Shown here in pieces: positions 43,389 to 50,494 of a DNA stretch of 50,494 nucleotides. The first letter of the stretch is position 1; each line of letters opens with the position of its first letter. The notes under the pieces are model-generated. The model ran no database searches, was not told the DNA's origin, and saw only the letters and a program-made list of their open reading frames with translations. Source of the stretch: a virus (lineage: Duplodnaviria; Caudoviricetes); the IMG/VR virus record IMGVR_UViG_3300000233_000011, positions 1-50,494 of that record. The stretch is one strand, 5' to 3'. The position numbers were made by a program, and so were the translations under genes.

Positions 43389-45800
43389 TCAATACTTTTT
43401 CCATACGGCGTCGGCCGTGACGGTGTAGTAAACGACAGGGCGACCTTGGTGGCCGTCATTGTCGGTCGTGCGATGCAAGCGCCCGTCCTCAATCATTTGG
43501 TTGAGCGATTGCTTGACCGCGTTCATGGCCCCTATACGCGCCGCCTTGAACGGCAGCACCAGCCGGAGCTTGTCATGCAAGGCCCAGCTTGGCACCTTCG
43601 CCCCGTGCTTGGTCAGGAGACGCTTCATAATGCGGACCACTGTGGGCACTTCGATGCTGTCATCCGACCCGACTTCGCCCGTGGCGATCAACTCCAGGAC
43701 GTGCAACATGCGCGACCCGACAAACTGGATTGCCCACTTCGCGTGCTCAATCGTGATGACAGGGGCGACCGGGTTGTCGATGACGGCGCACACCCCGGCG
43801 AGGCGTTGCGCGGTGATGCTGACGCGCCCCATGGCGACAAAGGCGTCCGGCAGGTCATCGTTCTCGGCCTGCGCCCTGCGGGTCAGGTTGCGGGTTTCAA
43901 TGCCGAAGTGTTCAAAGGCTTTCGCTGCCTCCTCAGTCGCCCCGACCCGCACAGACTTGGAGGTGTTTGCAACCCCGTCCAAAGGCATGTGCATATCGTT
44001 TTCCAGGACGATTGACCACAGGGTGCCGAGCATCTTTGCAACGTGGTCGGGAAACTCGTCGCGTTGATACGGGTTGTCTGCGCCCATCGTGCCGTTGTAG
44101 AAGACCGGGATAAAGCGTGACAGGAAGCCATCGGCAATCTCGTCGTTGTTGATCGCCCGGTAGATCTTCTCGCGCGTTGTGAACCAACCAATGCCGACGC
44201 TCAGGCAGGTGATGGTCTTGGAATCCTTTTGTGACGTGCGCGACGCTGGGGGCGCCCACTTCTTCCCCGGCACGGCCGAGTCGAAGAGGCTGTTGATGGC
44301 GTCTTTCATCTCGTAGTCGCCTTGACCCTGCGGCTCAGTCAACGCCTTGATCTGCGCGCCACATTCGTCAGTGATCCAGCCCCCTGCGGGATACTTTTCA
44401 AAGTATGTCTGCAAGCCTTGAACCGTCTTCCCCGATATGGCATAGAAACGATCTGCCACCTGCGGGTTCGGCAACGCGCCGAGCAACTTCTGTGTCGCCA
44501 TGATGTGCTGGGTCTTGCCCGTGGCCGACTTCGCGCCCACCATGAAGAAGGTATTGAGCCCCTGCCCCCGATAACGGAACGCGCGCCCAACCAGCCCCGA
44601 CAAGAACGCCATGCCCACTGAGATTGCAAACTCAGGAACGGGTGTCGCGCAAGCCTCGGCAATGGACTTGACGAATTGCCCAGCCATGCCCGGCGGGTAG
44701 TATGGGGTCGCGTCACTCACGTCCAGGTAGGGCAACGTCACGTTGAACTGACGGGCGAAGGCACCAGCCATCACCTTGGTCTGCTCAATCGTCGTCTCCG
44801 TCGCGGGCGCGTCTGCTGCGGGCTGTGGCTTGCTCGCGGCGATCAATTCAGCCCCAAGTCGCTCTCCCTCGGCCGTCATCAGAGCCGCGCGTTGTTCCTT
44901 GAGCGCGCGCTCGCCCCACACCTTGCCAAAACAGATGCGAACCAGATACTCGTCAATGTATTTGGCCTCCGGCTTGTAACCACCCTTGCCCCCTTCTCGC
45001 CACAGGGGCGAGCGACGGAACACTTCCACTGCCTTGTCGGCGTCTTTCGTCGCCGTTGCGATGAAGTTGGTCAGGGCCAGGTCTGCTGCCGAATGGTCGT
45101 TCTTGTATCGGCCCAGCGTCACGGGCAGGGGGTCAAACATTAGGCGCTTGAACTCGTCGCCGTTCGCCCAGCCAATGACCGCGGCGATGATGACGTCCAC
45201 CGACCTGTCATCACGTTCCCCCGCGTAGGTTGCCCGAGCAGCCACCGCCGCGCCTCGCAACGTGTGGGCAAGCTCAGTCAACGCATCCTGACAGTTGACC
45301 AGCTGGTCCATCCCGTCAATGACGTTGCCGGTAAACGTGAAGAACCGTTGCTTGTCGTATACCTCGACCCCGTATTTGGAATCCTTGATCGAAGCAATCT
45401 CAGGCGGCAACGAACCGAACCCGATATAGTGACAGCCTTTGCCCGATGGCGAGACTTCCCGATAGGTGGGGAAGTGTTCGCGTATCATCAGGCGAAGGCG
45501 CATTGCTGCGTCCTGATCCTCGGGCGAGACCTTGTCCAGGTCGTCAAGGTCGATGCCGAACACCCCGCCATCAGCTGCAAACACAAACCCGACGCCCGAC
45601 CGATCAGCAAACGGGTAGTTGGTTTGCGCGGCGTCGTATGTCGCCCACTCCTCGGGTCGCGTTGATGCGGCGAGCTTCTTCCAGTTGTCAACCTGGTAGG
45701 GGACCTTGGTCAGCTTGCCCGTGGGTGTGAACTCGTGTTGCCAGAACACCCATTGCGGCAGGCGCGCCAATACGGGGGGAACGTAGGTTGGAAGGGTCAT
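43389..45800 (-). CDS. Primase-polymerase (AEP, NrS-1-like) fused to a helicase-like NTPase
   Basis: QWV.W, K.PY, G.GF, GIDLD, E.SPSG.G.H, E.Y...RF.T.TG and D.S.AD; C-terminal A.SATGKT and DE. Confidence 0.85.
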   Translation of the reverse strand: MTLPTYVPPVLARLPQWVFWQHEFTPTGKLTKVPYQVDNWKKLAASTRPEEWATYDAAQTNYPFADRSGVGFVFAADGGVFGIDLDDLDKVSPEDQDAAMRLRLMIREHFPTYREVSPSGKGCHYIGFGSLPPEIASIKDSKYGVEVYDKQRFFTFTGNVIDGMDQLVNCQDALTELAHTLRGAAVAARATYAGERDDRSVDVIIAAVIGWANGDEFKRLMFDPLPVTLGRYKNDHSAADLALTNFIATATKDADKAVEVFRRSPLWREGGKGGYKPEAKYIDEYLVRICFGKVWGERALKEQRAALMTAEGERLGAELIAASKPQPAADAPATETTIEQTKVMAGAFARQFNVTLPYLDVSDATPYYPPGMAGQFVKSIAEACATPVPEFAISVGMAFLSGLVGRAFRYRGQGLNTFFMVGAKSATGKTQHIMATQKLLGALPNPQVADRFYAISGKTVQGLQTYFEKYPAGGWITDECGAQIKALTEPQGQGDYEMKDAINSLFDSAVPGKKWAPPASRTSQKDSKTITCLSVGIGWFTTREKIYRAINNDEIADGFLSRFIPVFYNGTMGADNPYQRDEFPDHVAKMLGTLWSIVLENDMHMPLDGVANTSKSVRVGATEEAAKAFEHFGIETRNLTRRAQAENDDLPDAFVAMGRVSITAQRLAGVCAVIDNPVAPVITIEHAKWAIQFVGSRMLHVLELIATGEVGSDDSIEVPTVVRIMKRLLTKHGAKVPSWALHDKLRLVLPFKAARIGAMNAVKQSLNQMIEDGRLHRTTDNDGHQGRPVVYYTVTADAVWKKY

Positions 45801-46048
45801 CAGCACTTTGCCCCCTCGGCCTGCAACGCGCCATGCTTGGCCAGCCATTCAATCAGGCGAACCATTCGCGTGTAGGCGGGGTCTTTGCTTCTGCCCTCGG
45901 CGAAGGCTTGTTGCCACGCGGGCGTCAACCCGGTGTCTTTGTATATGTCGAGCGGGGGCGTTGTCACCTGGCGCAGGGAACGGCGCGCGCACTCAACAAC
46001 GTCTTCCGGCTGCATCTTTAGCAGCGCATTGATATCCAGGTTCTGCAT
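45800..46048 (-). CDS. Cro-like HTH protein
   Basis: IYKDTGLTPAW...F..G..KDP....M..L; own promoter; TGATG-coupled to the primase gene. Confidence 0.65.
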   Translation of the reverse strand: MQNLDINALLKMQPEDVVECARRSLRQVTTPPLDIYKDTGLTPAWQQAFAEGRSKDPAYTRMVRLIEWLAKHGALQAEGAKC

Positions 46049-46069
46049 GATGACCCCTTACTTGCTTCG

Positions 46070-46098
46070 ATCATAGGCGACGCCCCCGCCCTTGTCAA
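46070..46098 (-). promoter_or_regulatory. Strong sigma70-like promoter
   Basis: TTGACA-N17-TATGAT. Confidence 0.75.
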
Positions 46099-46108
46099 TA
46101 CGATTTTC

Positions 46109-46378
46109 TTAAAAAATTGTATCAACATCTTGTTGCGCCGATGACAGGTCCAGGCGGTTCAACTGACAATCAGGGGCGCAGCCCTCAACCATCTTGAACC
46201 CACAACCAGGACACACGCTGTCCAGGCGTCGGTCAATGCGACGAATGATGCCATGGCGCAGGTCGTTGTCCCTGCCCGTCCACTGCCCATAGGTCATCTG
46301 CCCACGGTACTCATTGCGCTTGGCAACGAGCTGGTCCCGCGTTGCGTGTTGAATCCAGTGGTCGATCCCGTCAGACAT
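46109..46378 (-). CDS. Hypothetical protein with CxxC..CxxxC
   Basis: GAGG SD; MSDGIDHW...CPGCG...CAPDC. Confidence 0.6.
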   Translation of the reverse strand: MSDGIDHWIQHATRDQLVAKRNEYRGQMTYGQWTGRDNDLRHGIIRRIDRRLDSVCPGCGFKMVEGCAPDCQLNRLDLSSAQQDVDTIF

Positions 46379-46625
46379 CTTGCGGCCTCTCGACCCCGTA
46401 GTTGTCCACATGCGGGTCCAGGACCCCGTATTCGACCAGCGCGTCCAGGACGATCTTGACGGTCTCGAAGTCGTCACACTCGGGGGTGTCAGGCTCCCAG
46501 TGGATGCGCAAGGCCCCGGCGTAAACAATCGTTCCGCCCCATATGGCGAGGCCAGCCAGCAGCCCCTTGTTTACGACCTCGGCCCGCTCGGGGGTGGGCG
46601 GCAGTATGACAATGCGGTGTTGCAT
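46371..46625 (-). CDS. Hypothetical protein
   Basis: TGATG coupling with the upstream gene. Confidence 0.6.
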   Translation of the reverse strand: MQHRIVILPPTPERAEVVNKGLLAGLAIWGGTIVYAGALRIHWEPDTPECDDFETVKIVLDALVEYGVLDPHVDNYGVERPQDV

Positions 46626-46768
46626 CAGATCCAATCCTTCAGTTTCCACGCGGCCCACATGAGCAGCGCAACCATTGCAAAGTAAAACCCTACCGGGTTG
46701 TCGGCGATGAGCCCTTGCGCCTCAGCATACCAGGCGCCCATGGTGTCCGGGGGGAAGACGGTTTTCAT
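46625..46768 (-). CDS. Small membrane protein
   Basis: ATGA coupling; C-terminal TM segment. Confidence 0.55.
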   Translation of the reverse strand: MKTVFPPDTMGAWYAEAQGLIADNPVGFYFAMVALLMWAAWKLKDWI

Positions 46769-46983
46769 GCTGCCACCCGCGCTTGAATGTCGAGCACGCA
46801 GAGCGCGCCATCCAGCCAGCGATCCAGGTCCTTGGCGCTCATGCGTTGCGTGATGCGTTGCGACCCGTTGGACGACTCGATGGCGTAACCCCCATAGTAG
46901 GCGGCATAATCGAGTTCGTATTCTGTGCCCATGCGCTTGCTCAGGCATTTGACTTTGTATTCAAGGCTTGCACGGTTTGCCAT
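46765..46983 (-). CDS. Hypothetical protein
   Basis: AAAGGG SD and promoter upstream; LDYA.YYGGY motif. Confidence 0.7.
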   Translation of the reverse strand: MANRASLEYKVKCLSKRMGTEYELDYAAYYGGYAIESSNGSQRITQRMSAKDLDRWLDGALCVLDIQARVAA

Positions 46984-47017
46984 TTGTTCACCCTTTCTTG
47001 TTCGCTTCCATATAATG

Positions 47018-47046
47018 ACAATGCCACATCCAGGTGCAGGGGTCAA
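47018..47046 (-). promoter_or_regulatory. sigma70-like promoter
   Basis: TTGACC-N17-CATTGT. Confidence 0.6.
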
Positions 47047-47456
47047 GCCTTTCTTTGGTAGTTCATCCACTTTTTTGCCTCGGCGTCGCACCAATCATTG
47101 ACCCAGGTTCGCGGGCTGGCCGTGTCGGTGTGCGCCTTGACGTGCTTGGTGCGAATGTTCACCGAGCGCGGCAATGACTTGTGCAGTTCGCGCGTTTGCA
47201 TCGTGTCGCGCATTGTGTGGGCAAGAGCAGCCTTGCAATCGTTTTGCACCAGGATTGACGTGACCCCGCATTGTGCGGCCAGCCATATGCCATTGAAGAT
47301 CGCCCAGAGTTCAGCCTCGGTCGAGTTCTTGGGCCGCTCCTTGAACATACCAGACTTCTTGACTTTCATGCCCCCGTCAATGCTGATCCACACGGCCCAG
47401 CCAGCAGACTTTGTCCTCGGGCAGAATGAAGCATCGGTGTTGACTGTTGCGCGCAT
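47043..47456 (-). CDS. Ribonuclease HI-like protein
   Basis: Acidic catalytic set TDAS, AEL.A, ND and N.WCD, plus HVKAH. Confidence 0.8.
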   Translation of the reverse strand: MRATVNTDASFCPRTKSAGWAVWISIDGGMKVKKSGMFKERPKNSTEAELWAIFNGIWLAAQCGVTSILVQNDCKAALAHTMRDTMQTRELHKSLPRSVNIRTKHVKAHTDTASPRTWVNDWCDAEAKKWMNYQRKA

Positions 47457-47466
47457 ATCGAATATA

Positions 47467-47559
47467 CTACCTCCAGCCAGTAAGCGAACACCACCAGGCG
47501 GGCGCCACCTTGGGCATCCGCCCCACCCAGTGACTGCAGTCGTCGCATGGGTCATCCAT
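47467..47559 (-). CDS. Possible 30-aa Cys-containing peptide
   Basis: TGATG coupling; MDDPCDDCSHW...WCSLTGWR*. Confidence 0.35.
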   Translation of the reverse strand: MDDPCDDCSHWVGRMPKVAPAWWCSLTGWR

Positions 47560-47780
47560 CACTCCAATCCCCATCCACCGGGAACGCGGTTCAATGCGCG
47601 CTCGATCTTGTCCAATTCGTGATGCGGAACGGGGTAGCGCCCGAGCAGCAACGCGACCTTGATGTCCCCGGCCCCGAAAGCACGCGCCAGGATTGCACAG
47701 CGCTCCCGTGACGTTGCGAGCTGCGCCCACACGCGGGTTTCCAACGCATGAAAATCCACCCCTGTCAAGGTGTGTTGCAT
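47559..47780 (-). CDS. Hypothetical protein
   Basis: AGGAGG SD and TAATG overlap. Confidence 0.65.
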   Translation of the reverse strand: MQHTLTGVDFHALETRVWAQLATSRERCAILARAFGAGDIKVALLLGRYPVPHHELDKIERALNRVPGGWGLE

Positions 47781-48118
47781 TATATGTTCCTCCTGACCAG
47801 CAGGGTGATGAGCGTCTCCAGGTTCGCCTTGTCGGCCCTGTCAATCGCACGTCGCTCCCATGCACCGCGCGCAAGGATCGGGCTGATGAGCAGCCCCACA
47901 CCGAACGGGGTCAGCAACGCGACTAGGACACATTCGCGCCAGAACCCGTGCAGCATGTAATAGAGCGGGCCAAAGAACAAGGCCCACACGGGGGACAGCC
48001 ATGTCCCCGCGTAGTAGTCGCGGGGGTCGGCTGGCATCACGTCATCGGGGATCGGGGGCAGTCGAAAATCGACTGAGGCAGGGGCCCGACGCCCCTGCCG
48101 TGTGTTGCACGTTTTCAT
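47780..48118 (-). CDS. Membrane protein (DUF2628-like)
   Basis: WALFFGPLYY...G.W followed by TM segments. Confidence 0.6.
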   Translation of the reverse strand: MKTCNTRQGRRAPASVDFRLPPIPDDVMPADPRDYYAGTWLSPVWALFFGPLYYMLHGFWRECVLVALLTPFGVGLLISPILARGAWERRAIDRADKANLETLITLLVRRNI

Positions 48119-48465
48119 TACGCGGCGATCTCGTCGCTTTTCACCAGGCCTGCGGCCTTGCGGTAGTATTGGATTTGCGTCTTGGCCGTGTTGAGCGCGA
48201 CCCCGGCCTCAACTGCGGCCGCAACGATTTCCTTCCGCTTGGCCCCGGTCGGGATCATCTTGGCGCACAGATCCCACACGATTCCGACCGAGCCCTTGAT
48301 GGCCGATTTCTCGCGGGCATCGTAGTTATACAGGGGGCGGGCGAGATCGCGAACTTCGATCCGACCATCCGCGCGCTCGATGAAAGCGGGCTTCTCGATC
48401 CCGTGACGCTGCACACCGCGCTTCGCGGTCGATTTCGTTGCATAGGTGGGGTTGTTGATCGACAT
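48118..48465 (-). CDS. Basic protein with HTH-like domain (paralog of 35158..35727)
   Basis: VWDLCAKM...KRKEIVAAAVEAGVALNTAKTQIQYYRK; promoter upstream. Confidence 0.75.
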   Translation of the reverse strand: MSINNPTYATKSTAKRGVQRHGIEKPAFIERADGRIEVRDLARPLYNYDAREKSAIKGSVGIVWDLCAKMIPTGAKRKEIVAAAVEAGVALNTAKTQIQYYRKAAGLVKSDEIAA

Positions 48466-48520
48466 TTGTTTGACCCTTTGTCTGTTTCGGTTCGCGTTGT
48501 TGCGTTCCTTCTATGCAATC

Positions 48521-48549
48521 AATATGGCACACCGCCGACCCCCCGTCAA
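48521..48549 (-). promoter_or_regulatory. Leftward early promoter
   Basis: TTGACG-N17-CATATT. Confidence 0.7.
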
Positions 48550-48605
48550 TCCCCTTTCGTAAATAATTTGAAAATAATTTTTTGCCATTGTTTCGTCCAA
48601 TGGGA

Positions 48606-48640
48606 TTGACAGGCAGGCAAGGGTGTGCCATATTCAATAC
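48606..48640 (+). promoter_or_regulatory. Rightward early promoter
   Basis: TTGACA-N17-CATATT-caatac. Confidence 0.75.
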
Positions 48641-48668
48641 ATGGAAACGCAACACAAGGATGTCCACA

Positions 48669-48872
48669 ATGAGAACGCTCTTCGAGTTATCCCCGCAAGC
48701 CACGCGCCGCGCCAACGCTGACGCCCCCCACATTTACGACCTGGTGCCGCACAAGGAAAACGGCGAGGTCGTCGGAATCGTCCTGCGCCATGACAACATG
48801 GTGATGGTTGACACATTCGCGCAATGGCTGTCAGACGAGGGCATCGCCTACGCAATCGGGGGGACCGAATGA
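48669..48872 (+). CDS. Hypothetical protein
   Basis: AAGGA SD after the promoter. Confidence 0.65.
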   Translation: MRTLFELSPQATRRANADAPHIYDLVPHKENGEVVGIVLRHDNMVMVDTFAQWLSDEGIAYAIGGTE

Positions 48873-49102
48873 TGCAACGCTACCGGATCGCAATCGGCCT
48901 TGACCCGCGCGACGATTGGTCAGAGGAAAACCTTATCGCCTTCTCGGGGGCCGTGCATGTGTCGCTTGCCGACACATTCGAGAAGCGCAAGCTGACCCTG
49001 CTCATCGAGACCCCCGACCCTGACACCCTGCTGGAATACATGTGGGCAGCAGGCTACAGCATCGCGTCCTTTCGATGGATCAACGTGTCCCCCTGTCAAT
49101 GA
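48869..49102 (+). CDS. Hypothetical protein
   Basis: ATGA overlap with the upstream gene. Confidence 0.6.
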   Translation: MMQRYRIAIGLDPRDDWSEENLIAFSGAVHVSLADTFEKRKLTLLIETPDPDTLLEYMWAAGYSIASFRWINVSPCQ

Positions 49103-49256
49103 CAGGGGCGACGCCTCACAACAGAGACGACGAAAGGGGGCCGCAATGCGACCCCCGTAGCCGTAGGATAAAAGCCCTATGCGAGCAAACAGGCCCCCGC
49201 CCCCAGCGCGATGATGACCGACAACGCGCACCAATCGAAGTAGTCGAGGTGGGGGA

Positions 49257-49454
49257 TCATTGGAACCCCCCGATACGACCTTCCAGCTTGATCCGCGGCG
49301 CATCAGCCGCAACATGGGGGACAGCGACAAGGGCCGAAAGGGACATGCCCGTCTTGTCGGAAAAGATCAAGATTGCATCGTGACGCGATTCTGCCTCCAC
49401 ATAGCCGAGGTGATGTCCAAGGTAGTTATGCGTGACGTGGTAGGTCGTTTTCAT
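49257..49454 (-). CDS. Hypothetical protein
   Basis: GGGAG SD and promoter upstream; G.VEA.S..DA motif. Confidence 0.65.
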   Translation of the reverse strand: MKTTYHVTHNYLGHHLGYVEAESRHDAILIFSDKTGMSLSALVAVPHVAADAPRIKLEGRIGGFQ

Positions 49455-49483
49455 GTTGTCGCTCCCGCGTGTGTCGTTTCGAT

Positions 49484-49518
49484 GTATTGAATATAACCTG
49501 CCGCCTGTATCGTGTCAA
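49484..49518 (-). promoter_or_regulatory. sigma70-like promoter
   Basis: TTGACA-N17-TATATT-caatac. Confidence 0.75.
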
Positions 49519-49736
49519 TCCCCTTGCTTGGCGCGAAGCGACAAAAGGTTCAGAAAAGTGACCACAGGGGGAATTATTTTGACGTGTCGGGTTGATCGTT
49601 GCACAGTCGCTGTGCTGGTCCGTGAGCGGCGTTGTGCTCGGGCTGTATCATGGATCAGAAATCGTGCTCGTCGCGCTGTGCGGAGATATTCATGTTTTGC
49701 CATGTAAACAATCCTGCAAAATGTGCCCGATTGTTC

Positions 49737-50183
49737 ATTCGTTATGCTTCGTTAGAGGGCTAACGAATGGCAAGCCATTGATATTAAACAATAATTCGTG
49801 GAAATCGTTAGATTCGTGCGATTGCCCCTGTCTGCGCAGACATCATTTAATAAGGGGGGACATAACAGGTATTTATTTTGTAATACGATCAGTGGATTAT
49901 GTGGGAGCGTGCAATTTTCTTATCCTTATTAACGAATACCTAACGAATAATTATTGATGCCCTACCGAATATATCGAATAAATAAAGTATAATAAAACAA
50001 AAAATATATACTTAATAAAATAAGGGGGTTTTAAGGTTTTTTTATTCGTTATTCATACGTTGGTTCTGCCCCCCTTATTCACTATGGTATAATAAGGGGT
50101 ACATATTAAGGTATATTAGGGGGTTATATTAAGGGGCTTAATGATTATTCGTTATATTCGTTATATTCGTTAGTTATTCGTTA
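49737..50183. repeat. AT-rich non-coding region with nine ATTCGTTA/TAACGAAT repeats (candidate origin or pac region)
   Basis: Forward copies at 49737, 50044, 50147, 50156, 50165 and 50176; inverted copies at 49761, 49930 and 49941. Confidence 0.7.
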
Positions 50184-50361
50184 GGTATATGACGTGGTAA
50201 GCGCGCAAGGGTTGAAGGGCTGCGGCGCGAATGTGGGCACGCGGGCGGGGGAAGATTATAGGGGGTCTTGTGAGGGGTGCAAGGGGGTCTTGCGCATAGG
50301 GGGTACACATTATGTTACAGGCCCAGGACCAGGCTGTAACAATATGTGATCTTATATGGTA

Positions 50362-50390
50362 TTGACATTGTGTGCTTGGTAGGTTATATT
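50362..50390 (+). promoter_or_regulatory. sigma70-like promoter
   Basis: TTGACA-N17-TATATT. Confidence 0.7.
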
Positions 50391-50458
50391 GTATATAGGC
50401 AAAGGGAGGATGGCATGGTGTGATGCGGAAGACTTGAGAGGACGGCGAGCAGACTACC

Positions 50459-50493
<35 letters not shown>

Positions 50494-50494
50494 C

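Noticed and set aside
45800-46048. Lysogeny module
   Set aside because: There is only a Cro-like HTH; no integrase, CI with peptidase domain, or ParA was seen.
49099-49383. ORF MTGATPHNRDD...
   Set aside because: It overlaps the convergent, promoter-supported 49257..49454 gene and has atypical composition. Its ATGA overlap means it cannot be fully excluded.
49453-49957. ORFs in the AT-rich terminal region
   Set aside because: No SD, atypical composition, and overlap with promoter and repeat elements.
50147-50183. Mini-CRISPR array
   Set aside because: The repeats are 8 bp with 1-3 nt gaps and have no spacers.

Overview
The window appears to be a near-complete ~50.5 kb genome of a tailed dsDNA siphophage, about 60% GC by eye. 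The host is probably an alphaproteobacterium; this is an inference from GC content, the BR0599-type hub and the TIGR02594 lysin. The + strand (253-27365) carries small early and nucleotide genes (WYL-like, VRR-NUC, dCTP deaminase), a lysis cassette, TerS, an HslV-like peptidase, TerL, and head and tail modules with a -1 frameshifted tail chaperone. The - strand (27362-48465) carries PolA, a beta-clamp-like gene, a complete 7-deazaguanine DNA-modification pathway (dpdA, folE, queD, queC, queE, plus a distant yhhQ), a RadD-like helicase, a Cas4-like nuclease, DUF669 SSB, an AAA_24 ATPase, a primase-helicase, RNase H and small genes driven by a family of sigma70-like promoters. The last ~800 bp are AT-rich and non-coding, with iteron-like repeats and a poly-G end. 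No integrase, tRNA or CRISPR array was seen. The most notable candidates are pseudoknot-forming leaders before yhhQ and dpdA, a DUF6884-like gene inside the deazaguanine operon, three paralogous putative DNA-binding proteins each with its own promoter, and an anti-Shine-Dalgarno hairpin before the tail chaperone. All family calls come from motif recognition by eye; no searches were run.
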